A DNA stretch of 64,000 nucleotides. Source: an uncultured Bacteroidaceae bacterium (GTDB lineage Bacteria; Bacteroidota; Bacteroidia; Bacteroidales; SM23-62). The notes below the pieces were generated by a model. The model did no database searches. It saw only the letters and a program-made list of their open reading frames with translations, and had not been told where the DNA came from. Both the position numbers and the translations under genes were made by a program. Location: NCBI GenBank assembly GCA_963777115.1, contig CAVZPP010000003.1, positions 774,250 through 838,249 of the forward strand, read 5' to 3'. Position 1 is the first letter of the stretch, and each line of letters opens with the position of its first letter. Below, one piece after another: positions 56,452 through 64,000 of this stretch.

Positions 56452-57888
56452 TTACTTGACCAGGATCTTATTTACATTATCACCAACTTTTAGCAGGTAA
56501 ATCCCCTTCTCATAATTCTCAACATTCAGCATCATTCTGTGGCTTTTAACAACCCCTGATTCCACTGTCTGTCCAATCATGTTCATCATCCTGTACTCCG
56601 CATTAAGAGGAGCATTTTCAATGGTCAACTTTCCGGATACAGGATTTGGATAAGCTGTAAATCCAATGCTGACGGGATTTTTAACATTTGTTCCGCTGCC
56701 ACCGCCTACAAGGTCCTGCCATTGTAGGTAGGGACGTGTTTCACCATCAACAGTACCCATTTTCCAGGTACTGGTGAAATCCCAACCGACAAATTTAGCC
56801 TCTACTGCAAAATCAGCAGTAGTCAAACCAACAACATTCGCAGCATTGTCGCCCGAGAAAACACCGACGTCATCTCCGTATTTTTCGTTATCCCAGTAAG
56901 AGGATGTAATGGCTATAGCTCCTGTACTGCCGGCAAAGTTGCCAACTTCCGTTCCATCAACCAATCCGACTGTATAACAATTTTCAATTGCTGCTTCAGC
57001 AGTTTCGCCATTTGTCCTGCCTAATATTCCGCCTGCTTCTTCATAAGCAGTAATTTTGGATACCGTATAGCAGTTTTTTATTGTGGTTGATGTTTCGTGC
57101 TGGCCAACTATGCCGCCTACCCTTCTCTGTACCTCGGTTGCTGCATGTGCAGTAACAAAGGATACACATTCAGAAATGTCTGCAAATCCAGCTCTTCCGG
57201 CAATACCTCCTACATAAAGATTATTCTCGAGAGCATCGCCATCCATTAAAGTGGAGAGGCCATAAAATGTAGCTTCCACCCAAACTCGTCTGATAACGTC
57301 CCTGTTATCTTCTGTTGTATAGGTGGCACGGCCAACCAGGGCGGAAGCAATCGCTCCCTGTTGAAGTGCACGGTAATTCAAGATTCGCAGGTTTTCGATT
57401 GTTGCACCTTCAAGATTTGCAAACATAGCCGTCTTGTTCTCATGAAAGCTACAGTACATATTCGATATGGTATGGTACTGTCCGTCGAAAGTTCCTCCGA
57501 ATCTCTGGTCGTCACCCATGGCGTCAGACCAGGTCCCTATTGGGTACCATCCGTAACTGTCAGCCGAATTGGCAAAGTCAACTATACCATCATTATTCCA
57601 GTCTACTTTGGATGAATCAGGATCAAAGGTAATATCTGCAGCAAGGCGATAATTCCCCAGCATTTTATCTCCGATACCTCCAAAATCCGGTGTACCGTCG
57701 TTATCAGCGTCCAGACTAACTGTATCTCCCAGCCAGATAAGGTCCTCCGGGGTGTCAATATCCCAGTAGTCCACTGATCCCTCAGTTACTTTTTGTAATT
57801 GGTGAGGAGTTTGTCCAAGTAGAATTGTACTACCCAGCAATATGAATGCTGTAATTAAAAGAGTAATAGTAGTTTTCATATTTTTCAT
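56452..57888 (-). CDS. secreted GLUG-motif repeat protein with T9SS C-terminal sorting domain
   Basis: 478 aa with a signal peptide, Asp-rich Ca-binding-like loops (DADNDGTPD, DWNNDGIVD) and GLUG-type motifs (VGGIAGR, VGGIVGQ, AGGILGR). The C-terminus is AYPNPVSGKLTIEN...GIYLLKVGDNVNKILVK. Confidence 0.8.
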   Translation of the reverse strand: MKNMKTTITLLITAFILLGSTILLGQTPHQLQKVTEGSVDYWDIDTPEDLIWLGDTVSLDADNDGTPDFGGIGDKMLGNYRLAADITFDPDSSKVDWNNDGIVDFANSADSYGWYPIGTWSDAMGDDQRFGGTFDGQYHTISNMYCSFHENKTAMFANLEGATIENLRILNYRALQQGAIASALVGRATYTTEDNRDVIRRVWVEATFYGLSTLMDGDALENNLYVGGIAGRAGFADISECVSFVTAHAATEVQRRVGGIVGQHETSTTIKNCYTVSKITAYEEAGGILGRTNGETAEAAIENCYTVGLVDGTEVGNFAGSTGAIAITSSYWDNEKYGDDVGVFSGDNAANVVGLTTADFAVEAKFVGWDFTSTWKMGTVDGETRPYLQWQDLVGGGSGTNVKNPVSIGFTAYPNPVSGKLTIENAPLNAEYRMMNMIGQTVESGVVKSHRMMLNVENYEKGIYLLKVGDNVNKILVK

Positions 57889-58088
57889 ATTTTTGGTGAA
57901 TAATTTGAGAATAAGAATGTTATAACCTTATAATAGGTAAAAAATCTTAACTTTCAAAATTAACCAGCGTAATTCTATTCTATTTCTATCTTAGTTGTCA
58001 GATTTACAAGCCATTAATGAGTATTTACCATTCCTCAAAATGGATATCTTTACAATTCAATCTTGCAGTGTAAATGTACTTAAAAGGC

Positions 58089-59717
58089 CTAGTAGTAACC
58101 AGGATTCTGTTCCATAACCGCCCCGGTATTGGCATCGATAACCCCCTGGGGAATCGGGAAAAGATCATTGTGTTCAAAAATGTCAATTCCAACGCCTTCT
58201 ATTCTTGGATTATATTTCACAGTCCATTCCACAAAGACTCCATTCCGGTTAAGATGATACTTTCTGTGCTCTTCGCTGGCCAATTCCCTTGATCTTTCCT
58301 TCAGGATGAATTCAATGTTTACATCTGCTGCCGTAATGGTGGATGCATTTGACCTGCTCCTTATGGCGTTCAGATAGGGGACTGCTTCATCACTTTTTCC
58401 ATCCTTAAACAATGCTTCTGCCAGAATAAGATATGTATTGGCAAGCCTGAGATACATCTCAGATTCCCAGGATATAGGTCGATCAGCATTCTCGAAGATC
58501 TCAGGATCAATATATTCCCATTTGCGCACCCATGGCCAGGTAAAGTTGTCTTCCAGATCAGAATCCTTACTGTAGTTCATGTTGGTCCATTCAACCGTGT
58601 CAAGGACACTTGGCTGTCCAGGTCTGGGGTACAGGTAAAACTTTTTGACTGCATACTCTGAATACCGGTCGTCGAAGGATTCATACCAGCCAAAGGCGGA
58701 ATCTGTAATTGCAGCCCTGCAGCGGCCCCTGCCACCATTATAGAAATACACTGTGTCGGCATCAAGTTTTTTCAATACGGGTCCCTTGGAACTATAGGCC
58801 TGCCACATATTTTTCAGACCCCCATCACGTGACCCGACAATGGATTCATGAGCATTGTTGAATGTCCACAGAACTTCCAGGTTACCGTCTTCACGGCTGT
58901 CATTTGAAAACAGGTCCATAAAAGGCACCCCAGGGTTTGAGGCATTTTTGCCGAATCGTGTGGTCATCAGTTGATATTCACCACTTTCTATCACTCTTTT
59001 TGCTTCAGTCTCTGATTCTGCAAACCTTCCCTGAAGCAGGTACAGTTCTGCCAGGTAATGGCTGGCAACTGCTGAATTCGGAAACCCTGTTTCCTCCACC
59101 ATCGCCAGGTTGTCACGTGCAAAAATCCAATCCTCTTCCATGAGTTTATGAATATCCGCAACAGGGGCTCTATCCCAGTCATTTCGGTAATTCGAACCGT
59201 TTACCTCTTCCTTGTTCAGGGGCACCGGCCCCCATGAATTGGTCAGATGCCGATATGCCCATGCCCTGATTAGCCTGGCCGTTCCAATAATATAACCTTT
59301 ATTCCTTGCCGCTCCTTCTTCGTTTCCCTGCCAGTCAATATCATCCGCGTTGGCCCTGTTGATGATCATATTGGCAGTATTGATAACCTCGTATAGCCAG
59401 GAGAAACTATTCTCCAGGACTTTGGTCTCAGGATTCAACAGGCCATAGTCATTAAAACAATTATGAACGCCGGCAGTGTTATTACCAAAACCCATGTCCG
59501 TACCAATTTTCCAGATGGCAGCATGGCATTCGTGATCATTGGTTGTTTCAAGCCTTACCCGGTCCATCAGTCCATAGATACCATTGGTAAAGCCTTCATA
59601 TGATATATAAAGGTTCTCAGCAAAGATGTCATCTCTCGGAAATTCTTTTAAAAACTTATCTTCGTTGCAGGAAGCAATAAATAGAAAGATTCCAAGAATG
59701 AATATTATTTTTTTCAT
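58089..59717 (-). CDS. susD: RagB/SusD family nutrient-binding outer-membrane lipoprotein
   Basis: 542 aa with lipobox FIASC and a SusD-like TPR core (RLIRAWAYRHLTNSWGPVPL). It lies directly downstream of the SusC-like gene. Confidence 0.9.
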   Translation of the reverse strand: MKKIIFILGIFLFIASCNEDKFLKEFPRDDIFAENLYISYEGFTNGIYGLMDRVRLETTNDHECHAAIWKIGTDMGFGNNTAGVHNCFNDYGLLNPETKVLENSFSWLYEVINTANMIINRANADDIDWQGNEEGAARNKGYIIGTARLIRAWAYRHLTNSWGPVPLNKEEVNGSNYRNDWDRAPVADIHKLMEEDWIFARDNLAMVEETGFPNSAVASHYLAELYLLQGRFAESETEAKRVIESGEYQLMTTRFGKNASNPGVPFMDLFSNDSREDGNLEVLWTFNNAHESIVGSRDGGLKNMWQAYSSKGPVLKKLDADTVYFYNGGRGRCRAAITDSAFGWYESFDDRYSEYAVKKFYLYPRPGQPSVLDTVEWTNMNYSKDSDLEDNFTWPWVRKWEYIDPEIFENADRPISWESEMYLRLANTYLILAEALFKDGKSDEAVPYLNAIRSRSNASTITAADVNIEFILKERSRELASEEHRKYHLNRNGVFVEWTVKYNPRIEGVGIDIFEHNDLFPIPQGVIDANTGAVMEQNPGYY

Positions 59718-59736
59718 GATATATATTTTTTGTTGA

Positions 59737-62735
59737 TTAGAAACTAACCTTCAGTCCCAGCAAAACCTGGAGTGTTTGTGGTACGCTCAGTTGATCCTTG
59801 AATTCAGGATCCAGTCCCTCCCATTTGGTGAACGTGTACAGGTTTTTAATGTTGACGTAAAACTCCAGTTGTTTTAGACCAATTCCCATGTTTCCAAGAG
59901 TCTTGTCAGAGAGTCTGTAACTAAGGTTCACGTCCTGCAGCCTTAGGAAACTGGCATTCCTGTAGAAATCAATGCCCAGGTAGTTAACATCTTCACTGGA
60001 AGGGGCACTTCTTGGATATTCGTTACTCTTATTCTCAGGAGTCCAGTAAGGAACAGGGTACCTGTTTCTCCTGAAATCGCTGTCTCCCGTCTTAAGTAAT
60101 TCATTTTTTTTATTAATTCCAACCACTGAGTAAAGAAAGAAACTGAACTTAAACCCCTTATAAGTAAAGGTATTGGTCAGGCCGGCAACAAAATCTGGTA
60201 TTTCCTGACCTTGTATGATCCTGTCATCGGCAGAAATAATCGAATCTCCGTTTGCATCCAGAACACGAATATCCCCGGCCCTTACCCTACCCTGGGGAGT
60301 ACCGATGCTATCTGTCTGCCAGATGCCATCAAATGCATAATCAAAGTCAACATCAATGGGTTGCCCAATGAACCATTTATTATCTACATCATCTATATAC
60401 TCGCCATTCTCATCGGTCAGTCCAACATTGAGAATTTTATTTTTGTAATGAGATAAGTTAAAGTCAGTTCTCCAGGTAAAGCCTCCCCTGGAAACATTGA
60501 TGGACGTTAATTGTATTTCAATTCCCTTGTTCTGGGTTGCACCTATGTTCTGGGTGATCTCGGTAGCCCCGTTAATGTCAGAGATTGATTTATCCAGCAA
60601 AAGGTCCGTTGTTTCCGACTGGTAAACATCAACCAATCCCCTGAGCCTGTTCCTGAACATATTAAAATCGAGTCCAGCATTAAAAGATGTTGTTGGTTCC
60701 CATCCCAGGGTTGGATCGCCTATTTTATTGGGATAAAAACCGACCAGGGGAACTTTGTTATAATTCACATAAAAATTCTTAGACATATTTGGAAGGGTCG
60801 AGTAGGGCGATACGGCTTCATTACCATTAACGCCATAGGAGAGTCTGAGTTTTAAAACAGATATGGGGTCAATGTTTTCCATAAAACTCTCGTTTGCAAT
60901 GTTCCAGCCTACAGCAAAAGAAGGAAATACTCCGAATTTAGTGTCGTCACCAAAGGCTGAGAATCCATCTCTTCGAACGGTAAATGTAGCCAGGTAGCGG
61001 CTGTCAAATGAGTAATTAGCCCGGAACATCTGGGAGAGATGCTGTGCTTCAGAAAAGCTGGTACTTGGTTCAATTAAAGTCCCCTGTGCGGCCTGATAAT
61101 AAGTCATCACATCATTGGGATAACCATTTCCAAAAATATCATGGCCCTCATTCCATTCTTTCTGTGCGCTGTAAAGTGCAGTTATAAAGATTTTATGTCG
61201 TCCAAATTCCCTTGAGTAACTGATAATATTTTCAATCAGCCAGTCTTCGTCGTAATCATTTTCTACTGTCAGTTCTCCATTTGCCATTAGTCCCTCATAA
61301 GTATCCCTTCCTATGTATTCCTCGAACAAACCAGAATTAAAATTATAACCCGTATTCAATTTATAAGTAAGTCCTTTTAAGAAGGGAAATTCAAACAGAA
61401 GATAATTATTTGTTATGATACGTCTGTTTATATCGCTTTGAATATAAAGGGTCTTTCGCATTGGGTTTTTGCCGTAACTGTCTTCCCAGGTCTGAATTCT
61501 GTAGGTTCCGTCATCATTATAAGGAATTCCAAGTGGATTCGAGCTATGGGCATCATCGAAATCTGCACGGTTGCCGCTTCTGTCATAATAACCATACTGG
61601 GTGCTCGTTCCAAATGTTATCCATTTGTTCATTTTATGATCCAGGTTGATACGGAAAAGATATCGATCAAAAATATCGTTAACAGAAATGCCCTGAATGG
61701 CTGTGTAGGAAGCGTTTATGTAATACTGGGTTCTTTCAGTCCCCCGCTGATCGACAGGTTGTGAAGTTGTCTTTTTCCGGTCTGTGTGGCCATGCCAAGC
61801 CAATCTGTGTCACGGCCTGTTGCATATCCTTCGTCTTCAATGGGTGTCGTGGTTTCCCCTCGTTCTTGTTTCAACTCATAGAATGTTTTTGCATCATAAT
61901 ATTCAGGTACACTTATCATTTTATCCAATCCAAAACTGCCATTGTAGGTGACGGTCATCTTGCCTGCCTCTCCTCTCTTGGTAGAAATCAGTATAACTCC
62001 ATTGGCGCCCCTTGATCCATAGATCGCGGCTGCTGAAGCATCCTTTAATATTTCCATGGATGAAATATCCTCTGGATTCAACTCAGACATATTGCCGACA
62101 TATTCAATACCATCAACAATAACCAGGGGATTGTTTGAAGCGGAAATTGAATTTTGTCCCCTGATTAATATGTTGTTGGAATTACCTTCGGCATTGGATT
62201 CACTGTGTGATACCGTAAGTCCGGCCATACTGCCCTGTAACATTTGTTCAAGGTTGTGGCTGGGCCTGCTTTCCATTATATCCTGGCCAATCGAAACCAC
62301 AGCCCCGGTAATATCACTCTTTTTCTGTGATCCGTAACCTACAACAATGACTTCATCCAGCCCGATTATTTCCTGTTCAAGAGCACAATCTATGGTGGTC
62401 TGGTTATTGACAGGGATTTCCTGTGTTCTCATTCCTACAAAAGAGAACACCAGGATAGCGTTACCATTAGTAACGTTTAAGTTATAATTACCATCCAGAT
62501 CGCTAATGGTGCCATTCATTTCTCCACCGGGGGGCTCCTTTTCAATAATGGTGACTCCTGGGATCGATTCTCCTGATTTTCCTGTAACCGTTCCGCTGAC
62601 TGTTACCTGCGCAAAGGATGCCATGCTGAATGATAGCATCAGGAGGGCAGGTAAGATTAACGCCGGAACTTTCATTTGTAGTTTCTGACTCTTTTTTAAA
62701 AATTCAGTTTGTTTCATAGGTTTAGAATTAATCAT
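59737..62735 (-). pseudogene. susC: SusC/RagA TonB-dependent outer-membrane transporter, single frameshift in a G5 run
   Basis: The N-terminal ORF (61716-62735) carries a signal peptide, carboxypeptidase-regulatory-like domain and plug (VVGYGSQKKSDITGAV), and ends ...HNLSISGG. The barrel ORF (59737-61803) continues TERTQYYINASY in the +1 frame. The junction is GGGGG on the coding strand (plus-strand CCCCC, 61741-61745). Confidence 0.8.
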
Positions 62736-63307
62736 TAAAAATGATTCTTGTTTTGCTTATTAATTTTGGCTCATGGATTACTGGTTCTCAGATTTTTGTT
62801 TGTGAATCTTTTTTTGTGTCACGACTTGAAGATATACTGTTCTTGTCATAAGAGTTGAGATTTGAAAAACCTAACCTAAGCTAGTGTTTTTTTTTCTAAA
62901 CAACACAGCCTGAATGAATTATATTGACAATAGCTGAGAGCCTTGCGAGTAATGATATTATAATTTTAAAATCAAGCGTTCAAATTTACCCGGCTCTCTA
63001 TGATACTTCTTCCTGTCTTTTATATATAAGAAGGATACTGTGATAGCAAAGAGTAATCCTTGGACGAGGGTTTCAGACTGTCCCAATATTGCGGATTCCT
63101 ACCCTGGATATACAATTCTTTTTCCTCTGGAGAAATGTTATCGACGTAGGCTGTATCTATGATCAGAAAGATGTTTGATTTGTGCCGTCGCAACATATCT
63201 CATCTTTTTTGTCCCAAACTCAATCCTGAGTATCTCCTGATCAAAGATGAAAAATTAATGTTTAACTTAACATTGCGGAATTAGATAATTAACTATTACC
63301 AAATTTT

Positions 63308-64000
63308 ATGAGAAAGATTAGTTTTATCACCTGTTTATTTTCCTTACTGCTTAGTTTGCCGAACCAATTGTTTTCGCAAAAAGCATTTCCTGAAGCGGAA
63401 GGGGCCGGAGCTTATACTGTCGGTGGAAGGAATGGCAGCATTTACCATGTAAGCAATCTGAACAAAACTGGTCCCGGAAGTCTGGCTGATGCAGTCAGTA
63501 AATCAAACCGCATCATTGTATTTGATGTATCAGGGGTTATTGATATGAACCGGACCGATTTGGATGTTACAGGAAGCAATTTAACGATTGCCGGGCAGAC
63601 TGCTCCCGGTGACGGGATATGGGTAAAAAATACCGAGGTTAAAATCTCTGGAAGCGAAATTATTATGCGAAATCTCAGGTTCAGTCACGGTTATTGGGGG
63701 CAGTCGGCACACGGTGATGTAATAAACTTTAGTAAAGTGAACCATGTCATCCTGGATCATATCTCGGCATTTTGGGGTACGGATGAAACAGTCTCCCCTT
63801 TTGACAAAATTGATAGTATAACCGTTCAGTATTGCCTGATGGCAGAGGGACTGAATTTTTTTGACCCGGTCAATACTCCGCCATTGCATGGATTTGGTGG
63901 TATCATAGGGAGTGAGAGTGGGGGTACTATTACCATGCACCATTTGCTCTGGTCTCATTTCAGCAGAAGATGCCCAAGGTTTTCTGGAGATAAAAAGGGT
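63308..64000 (+). CDS. pectate lyase (PL1-like), 3' end beyond window
   Basis: The frame is open from ATG at 63308 to the window end and is missing from the ORF track because it has no stop. The translation is MRKISFITCLFSLLLSLPNQLFSQKAFPEAEGAGAYTVGGRNGSIYHVSNLNKTGPGSLADAV...LTIAGQTAPGDGIWV...MRNLRF, a typical Bacteroidota pectate lyase N-terminus and beta-helix. Confidence 0.8.
   Translation, partial: MRKISFITCLFSLLLSLPNQLFSQKAFPEAEGAGAYTVGGRNGSIYHVSNLNKTGPGSLADAVSKSNRIIVFDVSGVIDMNRTDLDVTGSNLTIAGQTAPGDGIWVKNTEVKISGSEIIMRNLRFSHGYWGQSAHGDVINFSKVNHVILDHISAFWGTDETVSPFDKIDSITVQYCLMAEGLNFFDPVNTPPLHGFGGIIGSESGGTITMHHLLWSHFSRRCPRFSGDKKG

Noticed and set aside
63581-63958. 125-aa minus-strand ORF
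   Set aside because: It is antisense to the pectate-lyase ORF, which has a clear signal peptide and family motifs.

Overview
This is a Bacteroidota-type chromosomal segment. The evidence is a SusC/SusD pair, two proteins with T9SS C-terminal sorting domains, TAnnTTTG -7 promoter boxes, ileS-dksA-lspA synteny and a long-form IspG. All family assignments come from reading the translations by eye; no database search was possible.

Positions 1-43.3 kb hold densely packed housekeeping genes with no disrupted reading frames: dut, pheS, ruvB, nadA, hemW, ribE, ileS, lspA, rnr, cysS, ispG, mtnA and others. Unusual items in this part:
- a 1391-aa GT4 / phosphodiester-glycosidase fusion with a free-standing GT4 paralog nearby
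- a J-domain polytopic membrane protein whose gene overlaps a small nuclease-like ORF
- a TM-PAS-CBS-DUF294 nucleotidyltransferase

Positions 43.5-56.2 kb are accessory. A complete tRNA(CAU) gene is followed by two further direct copies of its 3' 43-44 nt, which delimit two tandem islands of about 3 kb and 9.6 kb. Neither island contains a recognisable integrase. The two island left ends are homologous.
- Island 1 carries an SRPBCC-TetR-lactonase(pseudogene)-SRPBCC operon with palindromic operator-like sites.
- Island 2 carries a zinc-ribbon mini-ORF, a CoiA-like nuclease gene truncated by a doubly frameshifted IS3-family element, and a decayed AraC gene.
- Island 2 also holds a translationally coupled pair: a SUMF1/GldJ-like secreted protein and an 1164-aa beta-propeller T9SS cargo with six 21-aa GGxGDGY repeats. 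A truncated second copy of the SUMF1-like gene lies beside them. This cluster is my best candidate for an undescribed system.

Positions 56.4-64 kb encode a GLUG-motif T9SS protein and a pectin-type PUL: SusD, a SusC frameshifted in a G-run, and a partial PL1 pectate lyase. No rRNA genes or CRISPR arrays were found.
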